From Candidatus Kapaibacterium sp. (GTDB lineage Bacteria > Bacteroidota > Ignavibacteria > Kapaibacteriales > UBA2268): a stretch of DNA of 64,000 nucleotides. The notes below the pieces were generated by a model, which saw nothing but the letters and a program-made list of their open reading frames with translations, ran no database searches and was not told the origin of the DNA. This document shows positions 1 through 9,915 of this stretch, in pieces. Numbering within the stretch: the stretch's first letter is position 1; the number at the start of each line of letters is the position of its first letter. Location of the stretch: assembly GCA_963665665.1 (NCBI GenBank), contig OY762428.1, positions 512,001 to 576,000 of the forward strand, given 5' to 3'. Made by a program: the position numbers and the translations under genes.

Positions 1-1809
1 GCCCTGGGGATTAGTTGTTGCCGCTTTCCAGTACCAGATATCAATTGTGCCTTCAGCAGGATAGAAACCGCTTTCATAATAGTTAAGCGATTTTGCAGTA
101 TGGCAGGCAGTCATACAACCTATCTCGTCAAAAACTTCGTCATTATCTCCGAAAACAACATAGGAAACCGGAAATACAAGCCCTATTCCATCCTGGCCGT
201 CAGATTCCATTTTCCAGTTCTTGTCATCTGAAGCATCACCCCCGTTGAAAACCAGCTTATTTGGAAGGTCATTTTTTGTATCATCTTCAATTTTTACAAG
301 AAAATATATATACTCCTGGTCATAAATTGCCCTTAAATATCCTTTTATCATTCTGTTATCACCGGAAGAAGGTTCTACCTGATTCATTTCAAGATACATC
401 TCTTCAGTTTCATTCCATTCAGGGTCGGAATCATCGCCGTCAATTGTAGGAGCAGTATAAACTTCCGTGGCATCAAGGGTTAAATCCTGAATAGCATTGA
501 CAGTAGCGCTAACCGGTATATTATAAATTTTATTATTAGATGTTGTAATTGTAAAAATATCATTTATCGTTCCGAAATTTTTAGGGGTGAATCTCAGTGA
601 AATTTGCACCGATGCACCGGCCTGTAAAGTTCCTTCGGGATCAGATTCAACAAACAGCGAACTGTCTGCACCGGTTTTAAATTCAGTTGAGTAGTCAACT
701 GAATTATCAGAAATATTTTTTAGAGTAATTTTAAATAATCTGGAAGCTTCAATCTGCACCTGCCCGAAATTAATTTCATCCGGAGCAATTTCAAGATCAT
801 CTGCCATATATGCTTCGCCTGTCAGAGATACTTTATATTCTGCGTCTTCACCAAATGTAATATTTGCGGAATATTCTTTTGCCTTGGTGGGAGAAAACCT
901 GATTATAATGGAATCTTTTTCACCGGGCTGGAGAGTTGTCATGTAATTATTGATAATTTCAAAATACTCTTTGTCATCGCCTTCTATCGCAATATCAACT
1001 TCAGCTTCTATCTCGGACTTATTTTCGTAAGTGACTGTTCTTTCCTCTGTGGCACCAACAAGAATCCTGCCGAAATCCAAGCCTCTTGTTGACAGATCCA
1101 GATTGATAACACTGGTAGCGCTTCCCTGCAATGCTACAATTGCGAAAGTATCAACTTTTACTGCAGCACTGAATTGGCCGTCCATTGTAGGATGGAATTC
1201 AATACCAACGTCTGATGATTCCTCAGGTGAAAGAGTCAAGGATTTTTCGGTGGTGATTGTAAAGGCATTATCTTCGTTTGTTTGAAAACTAAGTAATATT
1301 TCAACTGATGTTTGTGACAGATTAGTGATTTTGAATGATTTGTTATCTGTTTTGCCGGTTTTTAAAACTCCAAAGTCTATTTCAAGAGGGGCAACCGCTA
1401 ATTCGGAATTTGTCCAGGCATCGCCTTTTAAAATCACTTTAAATTCGCCAATATTTAGCAGAGCGGAGTATTCTCCCGGAACGGTAGGTACAAATTTAAC
1501 TGACATTTTATTATCGGAATCAGCATCGATACTAATATTTTCTTCCGGAGTTGGAATAAAAGCAGAACTATCAGTTCCTGAAACAGAAATATTCAGGGTT
1601 TGTTCTGATTTCATAGAGTTTGTTAACGTCAGTTCCAAAGTTTCGGCTTTACCAATTTCAACGCTCCCGAAATCAAGCTCAATCTTGTCGATTGTTACTT
1701 CTCCGTTATCAACAGGGTTGTTTTTATCATCATCGCCGCATGATTGAAGGATCAATATTGTTAGAAAAGAAAAAACAAGGGCATAAGCCCTTATATTAAA
1801 AATATTCAT
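1..1809 (-). CDS. Lipoprotein with tandem ASH/choice-of-anchor-D Ig-like domains and a C-terminal ethylbenzene-dehydrogenase-like (DOMON) heme domain; partial, runs off the window start
   Basis: Not in the ORF track because its stop lies outside the window. Manual translation from ATG 1809: MNIFNIRAYALVFSFLTILILQSC (lipobox), repeated LDFGxVxxG...F.P motifs, then GCMTACH and IDIWYWKAATTNPQG, in frame at position 1. Confidence 0.75.
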   Translation of the reverse strand, partial: MNIFNIRAYALVFSFLTILILQSCGDDDKNNPVDNGEVTIDKIELDFGSVEIGKAETLELTLTNSMKSEQTLNISVSGTDSSAFIPTPEENISIDADSDNKMSVKFVPTVPGEYSALLNIGEFKVILKGDAWTNSELAVAPLEIDFGVLKTGKTDNKSFKITNLSQTSVEILLSFQTNEDNAFTITTEKSLTLSPEESSDVGIEFHPTMDGQFSAAVKVDTFAIVALQGSATSVINLDLSTRGLDFGRILVGATEERTVTYENKSEIEAEVDIAIEGDDKEYFEIINNYMTTLQPGEKDSIIIRFSPTKAKEYSANITFGEDAEYKVSLTGEAYMADDLEIAPDEINFGQVQIEASRLFKITLKNISDNSVDYSTEFKTGADSSLFVESDPEGTLQAGASVQISLRFTPKNFGTINDIFTITTSNNKIYNIPVSATVNAIQDLTLDATEVYTAPTIDGDDSDPEWNETEEMYLEMNQVEPSSGDNRMIKGYLRAIYDQEYIYFLVKIEDDTKNDLPNKLVFNGGDASDDKNWKMESDGQDGIGLVFPVSYVVFGDNDEVFDEIGCMTACHTAKSLNYYESGFYPAEGTIDIWYWKAATTNPQG

Positions 1810-1841
1810 TATAATTCGCGTTATTTGTTTTTATTTATAAA

Positions 1842-2336
1842 TTATTTTAGCGAGTCCAACAAATCGTCAACTTTTTCAATTGTCATAAATTCATAATAGT
1901 CTTCGTTAATGGCTATCATGGGTCCGCCACCGCAGGCACCCATGCATTCAACTTCTTCAAGCGAAAATTTGGCGTCGTCGGTTCGTTCGTTGTGCCCAAT
2001 GTTGAGTTTGTTTGAAACGTGTTCGTATATCTTATCGCCGCCCATCAGCATACATGATACATTTGTGCAAACCTGTACATGATATTTACCCATAGGTTTT
2101 TTGAAATACATGGTATAAAAGGTGGCTACACCATAAACATGTGAATATGAAAGCCCTAAAAGGTCGGCAATATATCTCATTACTTCTTTTGAAATCCATC
2201 CGAATTTCTTCTGGGCCATCCAGAGCAGTGGCATTACTGCTGATTGGTTATCCGGATATTTTGCTTTAATATTTTCAACTTGTTTAAGTTCTTCTTCCGA
2301 AAAAACAATTTCTTCCTGAACATGAACATCTGACAT
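1842..2336 (-). CDS. nuoE: NADH-quinone oxidoreductase subunit E (2Fe-2S)
   Basis: SAVMPLLWMAQKKFGW, VATFYTMY, CTNVSC...ECMGAC. Start placed at MSDVH; the ORF track extends it to 2384. Confidence 0.9.
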   Translation of the reverse strand: MSDVHVQEEIVFSEEELKQVENIKAKYPDNQSAVMPLLWMAQKKFGWISKEVMRYIADLLGLSYSHVYGVATFYTMYFKKPMGKYHVQVCTNVSCMLMGGDKIYEHVSNKLNIGHNERTDDAKFSLEEVECMGACGGGPMIAINEDYYEFMTIEKVDDLLDSLK

Positions 2337-2393
2337 AGTATTTCTCTGTGCTTGTGAATTATTTATTTCATTTATGATTTTCAAATCTATCTA

Positions 2394-3299
2394 TCAGGAA
2401 TAAGGCCCTTTTTTGAACCTGCCCACAAACATTCCAACTGAAAGCCAGTGCTTCATTGCTATCAGTAACTTATGGGCTGTTGCTACCCTGATCTTTTTTC
2501 TGTAAACATTATAATCATTCAATTCAATTTTTTCCAGGAGGCGATAATATATGGCATCCATAATTTCCGGGGCAATAGTATTTGTTCTTTCATCTGTTCT
2601 GAGTGATGTTCTTGCCTTGTGATAATATTTTTTTGCCCTGTTTGCCTGGAATGTCATCATTTCGATAAAATTATCATTATAAACCTCGTTGAGCAAATCA
2701 TTCTGGCTGTAGCCAAATCTTCTCATATCTTCTGCCGGCAGATAAATGTAGCCGCGATCTTTATCAATCTTGATATCCCTGAGAATATTTGTTAGCTGCA
2801 GGGCATAACCGAGATTAATCGCATAATTTTTGGTTTCTTCATACCGGTATCCGAATATTTCAATACTCATCAGGCCAACAACACTGGCAACGCTATAACA
2901 ATAGTTCTTAAGGTCTTCGAAAGTTTCGTACCTTTTCTGAACCAGGTCACGCCTGCAACCGTCTATCAGAGTATGAAAATACTGCCCGGGAATATTGAAC
3001 CTTTTAACAAGTGCACCAAAAGGAGCAATTAAAGGACCGGCACTATCGCTGTAAATTCTTTCTATTTCGTTGTCCCACCAGGCCAGCCTGTCCATTTTCT
3101 TTTGTATTACGATACTATTGTTAGATGGCGTACTGTCAACAATATCATCGATATAACTACAAAAAGCATAAACAGAATTGATTGCCTGCCTTTCTTCTTT
3201 TGGCAGGAAAGAAAACGAATACCGGAAATTTGATTTTTCAAGTTCCGGCGGTTCTGCCTGCTCGTGATGAGCCAGGTGTATTTGAGTTAATGCTTCCAT
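2394..3299 (-). CDS. hpnD: Presqualene diphosphate synthase / phytoene-squalene synthase family
   Basis: SNFRYSFSFLP, YAFCSYIDDIVD, YCYSVASVVG, QLTNILRDI, RGYIYLP. Confidence 0.8.
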   Translation of the reverse strand: MEALTQIHLAHHEQAEPPELEKSNFRYSFSFLPKEERQAINSVYAFCSYIDDIVDSTPSNNSIVIQKKMDRLAWWDNEIERIYSDSAGPLIAPFGALVKRFNIPGQYFHTLIDGCRRDLVQKRYETFEDLKNYCYSVASVVGLMSIEIFGYRYEETKNYAINLGYALQLTNILRDIKIDKDRGYIYLPAEDMRRFGYSQNDLLNEVYNDNFIEMMTFQANRAKKYYHKARTSLRTDERTNTIAPEIMDAIYYRLLEKIELNDYNVYRKKIRVATAHKLLIAMKHWLSVGMFVGRFKKGPYS

Positions 3300-4243
3300 C
3301 AGAATAATACTCTGTGTTTGAATAATGACCTAATTAAAACCGAAATAATCCCGGTTTTATTGATTTTCGGCCTTCGAAATAAAATCTCCGCTTTCAATTT
3401 CCTGGTTTTATCTAAAATAGTCATTCCTCCTTCGATTGTTACTGCAATTTCAGCTTTCAATCGAAGAGGTTTAAGATACTCAACCAGTTTCACCCCTATT
3501 TTAAAAAAATTTTCTGAATAATCATAGATTTCATTTAAAATTTCTTCAACTTTTTTACTATTTTCGGAATACTGTATATTTTCCTGTGTTATTTTATACT
3601 TATTCATCAAATTTTCGGGTATATAGAAGCGTCCGATTTTCATATCACGCGAAAGATCCTGCCAAAAATTTACAAGCTGCAAACCTGTACAAATTTTATC
3701 AGACAGATAGGCATTCTTTTCATTATACTGATCAAATATCCTCAGAACCAATTCGCCCACCGGATTGGCAGAATGCTCACAGTAATATTCCAGGTCTGTA
3801 TAATCCTGTGGCTGCCTGAAGTTAACATCCATTATAAAAGCATCGATCAATTTTTCCAATGGTTCGGGAGGGATCAGCTTTGTCTTCATTGTTTTTTTCA
3901 GGGCCATGAAAACTGGATTGCCGGCCTGATGATAATTTTCCGAATTTAACTCAGTTTTCATGCCTTCAAGAAGTTCTATCCGTTTTTCTTTAGGATAATC
4001 AGTTAATTCATCGGAAATATCATCAGCTATGCGTGAAAAAGCATAGACTGCAAATATATGAGGCCTTTGTTCCCCGGGTATTAACATCGATCCCACGGGG
4101 AAATTCTCATAATGGGTTTGTGCTCTTTGCCTGCAGAAATCGTAAGCTGCATCCGGGTTATCAACAGCAAAACGCCCTCCATCCGGCGAAGCAAGGCTGA
4201 ATAAATCCTCAGCTGTATATTTTTTTGAACTCAGACTACCCAT
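3299..4243 (-). CDS. hpnC: Squalene synthase HpnC-like
   Basis: HYENFPVGS, ADDISDE, SANPVGELVL, ICTGLQLVNFWQD; coupled to hpnD. Confidence 0.8.
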   Translation of the reverse strand: MGSLSSKKYTAEDLFSLASPDGGRFAVDNPDAAYDFCRQRAQTHYENFPVGSMLIPGEQRPHIFAVYAFSRIADDISDELTDYPKEKRIELLEGMKTELNSENYHQAGNPVFMALKKTMKTKLIPPEPLEKLIDAFIMDVNFRQPQDYTDLEYYCEHSANPVGELVLRIFDQYNEKNAYLSDKICTGLQLVNFWQDLSRDMKIGRFYIPENLMNKYKITQENIQYSENSKKVEEILNEIYDYSENFFKIGVKLVEYLKPLRLKAEIAVTIEGGMTILDKTRKLKAEILFRRPKINKTGIISVLIRSLFKHRVLF

Positions 4244-4306
4244 ATAAATATCGACTAACTATTTGTAGTATCATTGAACAGGCAACTGTTGTTTTGCCTG
4301 CTTATA

Positions 4307-4314
4307 CAAATTTA
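4307..4314 (-). promoter_or_regulatory. Bacteroidota-type -7 promoter element (TAAATTTG) upstream of hpnC
   Basis: Matches TAnnTTTG about 65 nt upstream of the start. Confidence 0.4.
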
Positions 4315-4383
4315 ATACAATAACTTCAAATATCTAAATTAATTAAGACAAATATAACAGTAAGGTAATATAAATAAGATGTT

Positions 4384-4734
4384 CTAATCTATCAAAGCAT
4401 TAATTTCCTTTTTATTCAGGCCTGTAGCCTGAATGATAATATCTATATCAATTCCATTATTAAGCATTTTCTTTGCAACTTCAATTTTTGCCTTTCGTTT
4501 GCCTTCGGCCATTCCTTTCTCAATCCCTTTTTCGACACCATCTTTATATCCCAATTCTTTGCCTTCATCACGGGCAGTATCAATGGAATTTTTTAAATCC
4601 CGGTAATATTTCAGGCTATCATCATAGTTCATTACCTGTTCCGGAGTAAATTTTGCGATTTCAGCAGTTTCAAAAAGTTTCTTAAATCCGTAATCGGTAA
4701 AAGGATTAATATATTTTTCTTTAAAATGATGCAT
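4384..4734 (-). pseudogene. Internally deleted Rpn family (PD-(D/E)XK nuclease 'transposase') gene
   Basis: The N-terminal motif INPFTDYGFKKLF is fused directly to the C-terminal ETAEIAKFT...SLKYYRDLKNS...GIEKG...IEVAKKML...IIQATGL. The nuclease core is absent. GGAGG precedes ATG 4734. Confidence 0.7.
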
Positions 4735-4837
4735 TCTCAACCTCCGACCAAAATTCATTTATTTTTCTGTTCCATCTTTTTAATAAATGTAACAAATTCT
4801 TTCAAATTTCCAAAAAAGGATAAGATTAAGAAGCATC

Positions 4838-4870
4838 AAAAAAAGCCGGCAAATTGAACTTTGCCGGCTT
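4838..4870 (-). terminator. Rho-independent terminator after the STAS gene
   Basis: AAGCCGGCAAA...TTTGCCGGCTT stem with a T-run on the minus strand. Confidence 0.75.
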
Positions 4871-4896
4871 CTAATATTTAAAGATAGCAATAATTC

Positions 4897-5244
4897 TTAT
4901 TCTGCCGCTGTTTCCACAGTATCAAAAATTTTAAATACTTTATCAAGATGTGTCATGGTTAGTAATTCCAATACTTTTTCCGGAACAGAAGCAAGTTTAA
5001 GAGGAATGCCGTGCTTGCGCAAAGTGCTAAGGCCGCTGACAAGCATTCCCAGCCCGGAACTGTTGATAAGTTCAACATCAGCAAGATCAACAATCACGGA
5101 TTTAATTTCTTTTTCAATCAGTTCATGAAGTGTGGATGTGAAGCCGAAAGCTTCATTCCCGCCGAGAACGCTTTTACCGAGTTTTATTACCCAGATTCCG
5201 TCCCTATATTCATCTGTACTGTATTTCACTGTGTCGTTGCTCAT
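4897..5244 (-). CDS. STAS-domain anti-sigma factor antagonist
   Basis: IVDLADVELINSSGLGMLV, LLTMTHLDKVFKIF. Confidence 0.85.
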   Translation of the reverse strand: MSNDTVKYSTDEYRDGIWVIKLGKSVLGGNEAFGFTSTLHELIEKEIKSVIVDLADVELINSSGLGMLVSGLSTLRKHGIPLKLASVPEKVLELLTMTHLDKVFKIFDTVETAAE

Positions 5245-5319
5245 CAGATTCCTCTTATATTATGTAAAATCTTTCATTTTGTACCAGACATAGCAATTTA
5301 TTTGGAAATATTGAAAATT

Positions 5320-5395
5320 CTGACCTCTCCAAACCCCTCCGAAGGAGGGGCTCATTTTTAGCCATCCCCTTCGGGGAGGGTTTGGGAGGGGTCAG
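5320..5395. repeat. REP doublet (REPIN-like) of the CCCTCC...GGAGGG family
   Basis: CTGACCTCTCCAAACCCCTCCGAAGGAGGG...CCCCTTCGGGGAGGGTTTGGGAGGGGTCAG nested hairpin; the right half recurs at 60698-60726. Confidence 0.75.
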
Positions 5396-5453
5396 TCAAT
5401 TTATTCATCTTAACTTTCAACATTATAAAATTGCCTGGAAAAACTAATATTTC

Positions 5454-6401
5454 CTATGCTGTTTTTGCTGAAATAGAACTTCTTTCGCCTGTTCCCTGTA
5501 CTTTTACTTTTTTAACTTTTTCAAGATACCAGATCACGAATGATGATGCTATGTAAATTGAAGAATAAGTACCGGTGATAAGACCAACGAGCATTGTGAA
5601 AGCAAAACCCTGGAGAACCGGGCCGCCAAACAATACCAGAGTGATAAGTACAAGAACAGATGTCAGCACCGTGTTCACAGTACGGCTTAAAGTTTCGTTA
5701 ATACTCAGGTTAACCATGTAAATGAAGTCGGTTCCTTTTTTGACTTCTTTATTCTCACGGATACGGTCAAAGATAATCACAGAGTCATTAATTGAGTAAC
5801 CAACCACAGTAAGCATACCTGCAAGTATGGTTTGGTTCACCTCAATATTGATAATTCCGGTATGTCCCACAAGTGTAATAATTGAAAATGTTATTATAAC
5901 ATCGTGGAACAGAGCTACGATGGCTCCAAGCCCGAAGACGAACTCAAATCTGAATCCAATGTAAATCAGAATTGCCACTACAGCAAGAAGAACGGCTATA
6001 AAAGCATCAGTTCTAAGTTCTTTACCGATTTTCGGCCCGATCTTGTCTACTTTGAGAGTTTCAATGTCAACTCCCGGGAATGCTTTTACCAATGCCTGAT
6101 TAACAATCGTAGGTGCATCTTCTGAGTCTTTAACCCGGATTAGGAACTGATTCTCTTTACCAAATGATTTGATCTCACTGCCATTGAATCCTGCCCCGTC
6201 AACTGCTGAACGAATGTTCTCGGCTTCCACTGTCTGCGAAAATTTAACGCCTATTTCAGTACCGCCTTCGAAATCGATACCATACTGAACGCCAAGCCCC
6301 AATACAGAAGCAATTCCAACGACGATCAATACTGCTGATACTACAAAGAATATTTGTCTTTTTCCAACAAAATCTATTTTTGTTCCATGAAAGAACTGCA
6401 T
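5454..6401 (-). CDS. secF: Protein translocase subunit SecF
   Basis: GIDFEGG, IGPKIGKEL, GYSINDSVIIFDRIRE, TLSRT, GTYSSIYIAS. Confidence 0.95.
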   Translation of the reverse strand: MQFFHGTKIDFVGKRQIFFVVSAVLIVVGIASVLGLGVQYGIDFEGGTEIGVKFSQTVEAENIRSAVDGAGFNGSEIKSFGKENQFLIRVKDSEDAPTIVNQALVKAFPGVDIETLKVDKIGPKIGKELRTDAFIAVLLAVVAILIYIGFRFEFVFGLGAIVALFHDVIITFSIITLVGHTGIINIEVNQTILAGMLTVVGYSINDSVIIFDRIRENKEVKKGTDFIYMVNLSINETLSRTVNTVLTSVLVLITLVLFGGPVLQGFAFTMLVGLITGTYSSIYIASSFVIWYLEKVKKVKVQGTGERSSISAKTA

Positions 6402-6417
6402 ATTTTATCCTTTCCTC

Positions 6418-8535
6418 TTATTTATTGACAATTTTAGGTTGACCAAAGTTGTACGAATCCACGCCTTTCGATACTGTCAGTTCGATGATAGCGCGGGATA
6501 CAACGATACCTGTGAACAGTGTGCCGAGAATACCGACCATAAGTGTTGTGGCAAAACCCTGAATCGGGCCGCTGCCGAAATAGAACAGAATAAAGCCGGT
6601 GATGAAAGTAGTGATGTTGGAGTCAAGGATAGCGCTAAGGGCTTTGCTGAAACCTTCGTCAACAGCAGAGCGGATTGAGCGTCCCTTGTATAGTTCCTCC
6701 CTGATCCTTTCAAATATCAGCACGTTGGCATCCACTGCCATACCTATTGTCAGGATAAGGCCGGCGATACCCGGTAATGTAAGTGTGCCGCCAAGAGCGG
6801 AAAGTATTGCAATAACAAGTGTCACGTTCAGGATTACCGCAAAGTCAGCTACAAGTCCGCCTCTGAGGTAATAGATAAACATGAAGAATACAACAAGTAA
6901 CACAGCAACTATTGAAGACATAATACCGCTGTCGATTGAATCCTGTCCGAGTGACGGGCCGACAACTCGTTCTTCGATAATTCTTACAGGGGCCTTCAGG
7001 GCGCCGGCTTTAAGAACGATCTCCAAAAGGCGTGCTTCTTCAATATCGGACGAACCGGTAATTGAAGAAATACCATTGTTTATTTTTGTAATAACGTTAG
7101 GGGCAGAATAGACCCTGTTATCAAGTACAATGGCAATTTTCTTGTTAATATTTGCGCCTGTAATTCTTGACCATCTGTCAGCACCGTCTGAGTTCATATA
7201 CATAATAACTTCAGGTGCATTTGTCATCTGGTCGTAAGTTGCAACAGCATTAGTTACTACTTCACCAGTCAGTTCGGGGTCTTTCTTTATGCCCCAGATC
7301 CCAAATATTTCAGCGCCGTCAGATTGCTGAAAGCGTTTAATCGGTTTGGCATCAATAAGAACATCAAGATCGAAAGGAATCAGTCCTTTAATTTCCGGCA
7401 TATTAAGGTATGCCTGGAATTTCTTGATAGAATCTTTTGGGATATAAAATGTATATTCACCATCCGGTACGTCTCTTACGTAATCAACCGGAACCATTCT
7501 CTGGTCCTTACCGGGAACATAATAAGTTGTAAATAATCTGGTAAACTGGTGGTCAATATAAAATTGTTTACGAGTTTCATCTTCGCTCATGCCTTCATAA
7601 GGATTGTCAGAATCCGGTGTTGCTGTTGTTGATTCACCTGCAACGGCTGTTGTATCATTAACTTTTGTTGTATCATTAACTTTTGTAGTATCGCTCGCTG
7701 TTACATCAGTTGTAGATTCAGGTGTTTCGGTAACTTCCGGAATATCATGAGCTTCTTCGCGGGCAGATTTTCTTTTGTACTGTGCAGCCAAAAGCTCATC
7801 AATTTTCTTGAAAGCACGTGCAATATTCTGATTATTGCGAACTAAGTTGAATTCAAGGCGGGCTGTTGTCTGCAGGAGTTTCCTTACAGCAGTTTCGTCA
7901 GTAACACCTGGAAGTTCAAGAAGAATCCTGCGGCTTCCCTGCTTCTGGATGTTTGGTTCAAGAACACCGAACTGGTCAATACGCTGGCTTATAACTTCTT
8001 TTGCCTGATCGATAGCATCTTCAGCATCTTTTTTCAGTTTTTCAACTATTTTTTCTTCCGATGCATCGCGGATATTGCCAATATCAAAGTAAGAAATCAG
8101 TGATTTGCCTTTTGGCCTTGCAATCTGGTCAAAATTACGAAGGAAAATATCCATTGTTCCTTCTTCCGAATCTTTTACTGCCTCTGCTGTTACAGACAGA
8201 ACTTCATTGAATACTTCATCAATTGCTTCCCTTTGGGCAGCTTCTTCGATAAGTTTGATAACATCAACTTCAAGAGTGACATACATACCGCCCTGCAAGT
8301 CAAGTCCGAGTTTTAAAGCATTGTCCTTCGAGTTATCGTAATCTTCCTTATACTTTTGATTAAACTCATCCATTATTGCATTTTTTTCAGTAAGATTCGG
8401 GGCATCCTCGGCCCTTTTTTCGTATTCACTCTTTTTCTGTTCCAAATTGTAATTGTTGTACGTTGGATACAGTAAGACCACGGCAACTATAATTGGTGCC
8501 AGGATCGTGAACCATTTTCCAAAATTCTTTTTCAA
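6418..8535 (-). CDS. secD: Protein translocase subunit SecD
   Basis: LGLDLQGG, RIDQFGVLEP, VGPSLG, GMAVDANVLIFERIREE; TTG start with GGAGG. Confidence 0.95.
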   Translation of the reverse strand: MKKNFGKWFTILAPIIVAVVLLYPTYNNYNLEQKKSEYEKRAEDAPNLTEKNAIMDEFNQKYKEDYDNSKDNALKLGLDLQGGMYVTLEVDVIKLIEEAAQREAIDEVFNEVLSVTAEAVKDSEEGTMDIFLRNFDQIARPKGKSLISYFDIGNIRDASEEKIVEKLKKDAEDAIDQAKEVISQRIDQFGVLEPNIQKQGSRRILLELPGVTDETAVRKLLQTTARLEFNLVRNNQNIARAFKKIDELLAAQYKRKSAREEAHDIPEVTETPESTTDVTASDTTKVNDTTKVNDTTAVAGESTTATPDSDNPYEGMSEDETRKQFYIDHQFTRLFTTYYVPGKDQRMVPVDYVRDVPDGEYTFYIPKDSIKKFQAYLNMPEIKGLIPFDLDVLIDAKPIKRFQQSDGAEIFGIWGIKKDPELTGEVVTNAVATYDQMTNAPEVIMYMNSDGADRWSRITGANINKKIAIVLDNRVYSAPNVITKINNGISSITGSSDIEEARLLEIVLKAGALKAPVRIIEERVVGPSLGQDSIDSGIMSSIVAVLLVVFFMFIYYLRGGLVADFAVILNVTLVIAILSALGGTLTLPGIAGLILTIGMAVDANVLIFERIREELYKGRSIRSAVDEGFSKALSAILDSNITTFITGFILFYFGSGPIQGFATTLMVGILGTLFTGIVVSRAIIELTVSKGVDSYNFGQPKIVNK

Positions 8536-8877
8536 TTAAAACCTCCAAATATCGCTAAAAACTTATTTCTATTTTTTACATACTTTACAGGAATACGAAT
8601 ATAGGGGTATTTGCATTAATAACCAACGATTTTTGTAATACTAAATTATTCACTATATACCTAAAACAAAGCTTTATAAGTATTTAATCACAATTAAGAT
8701 ATACTGCCAATATGAGATATTTTTTTATTTTTTATAAACAAAGGTTGAAAAGTTGAAAGTTGTTATAACAATTAATATTAAAATTTTCGATACTAAAAAT
8801 GATGAAAACGCAGGAATGTTTATAATATTCTAAATTAAAAATCGGGAGAACAAATATTATTAATGGTAAGCAATTGT

Positions 8878-8906
8878 AAAAAAGCCCGATACTGAATGTA
8901 TCGGGC
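8878..8906 (-). terminator. Rho-independent terminator after etfA
   Basis: GCCCGATAC...GTATCGGGC stem plus T-run on the minus strand. Confidence 0.75.
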
Positions 8907-8931
8907 CAGATAAAATATATAAGGTAAAAAA

Positions 8932-9894
8932 TTATTTACCTGTAACAGCGCCAATCTTTTCTGTCAGTACCGGAAGTACTTCAAACAGGTCGCCTACGAT
9001 ACCATAATCGCAAACTTTGAAAATCGGTGCATCTTTGTCTTTATTAACAGCTACAATCACCTTTGAACTTGACATTCCTGCAAGGTGCTGAATAGCGCCG
9101 GAAATGCCGCAGGCTACATACAATACCGGGGATACTGTTTTACCTGTCTGGCCAACCTGCTCTGAGTGAGGACGCCAGCCAGCGTCAACAACAGCCCTGG
9201 AAGCGCCAACTGCTGCGCCAAGTTTATTTGCCAACCCTTCAATCAGGTTGTAATTTTCAGGAGCTTTGATACCGCGGCCGCCGGAAACGATAACGTCAGC
9301 TTCGGCTACATCCAGTTTGCCTTCATTCTTTGCAAGTGATGTAACGACTGCTTTTGCATGAGCATCATTCAGGTCAGGAGCAAAGTCTTTAACATTTGTA
9401 TCTGCTGCATCCTGTTTTACTGCTGTGAAAACATTCGGCCTGAGGGCAAATACTTTGTTGTCCGTATCAATCTGTGTTTTGATCATTGCTTTTCCTGCAT
9501 AAACCGGTTTGCCGGCAACGATGTTATCACCTGCTTCAAGTGACATAACGTCAGCAATGTATCCGGCTTCGAGTTTAACAGCTACGCGCGGGGCAATTTC
9601 AAGGCCCGTTGCATTTGCCGGGAAAAGGACAACATCAGCGCCCTCTGCTTTTGCAGCCTGTGCAACAGCTTCGGCTGCTGCCGTCGAAGAATATTTCTCA
9701 ATCATGGCATGGTTTATAACAACTGCTTCACTTAGTCCGTATTCACCTGCTGTTTTTGCCTGATCTGCTGATCCGCCAATTAAAACACCGCAAATATTTT
9801 CTGCGTTGAGTGATTTAGCAGCGGTTACGAGTTCATAGGACACCCTTTTAAGGGCGTTATCCTGTGCTTCAAGAAAAACTAAAACTTTTTTCAT
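8932..9894 (-). CDS. etfA: Electron transfer flavoprotein alpha subunit
   Basis: VSGGRG, GASRAVVDAGW, QVGQTGK, GISGAIQHLAGM. Confidence 0.95.
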   Translation of the reverse strand: MKKVLVFLEAQDNALKRVSYELVTAAKSLNAENICGVLIGGSADQAKTAGEYGLSEAVVINHAMIEKYSSTAAAEAVAQAAKAEGADVVLFPANATGLEIAPRVAVKLEAGYIADVMSLEAGDNIVAGKPVYAGKAMIKTQIDTDNKVFALRPNVFTAVKQDAADTNVKDFAPDLNDAHAKAVVTSLAKNEGKLDVAEADVIVSGGRGIKAPENYNLIEGLANKLGAAVGASRAVVDAGWRPHSEQVGQTGKTVSPVLYVACGISGAIQHLAGMSSSKVIVAVNKDKDAPIFKVCDYGIVGDLFEVLPVLTEKIGAVTGK

Positions 9895-9915
9895 CTGTTT
9901 CACCTGATATTAAAA

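Noticed and set aside
261-1747. Plus-strand ORFs at the window start
   Set aside because: Antisense shadows of the minus-strand lipoprotein gene.
7650-7691. 18-nt tandem repeat in secD (DTTKVN x2)
   Set aside because: An ordinary low-complexity periplasmic linker.
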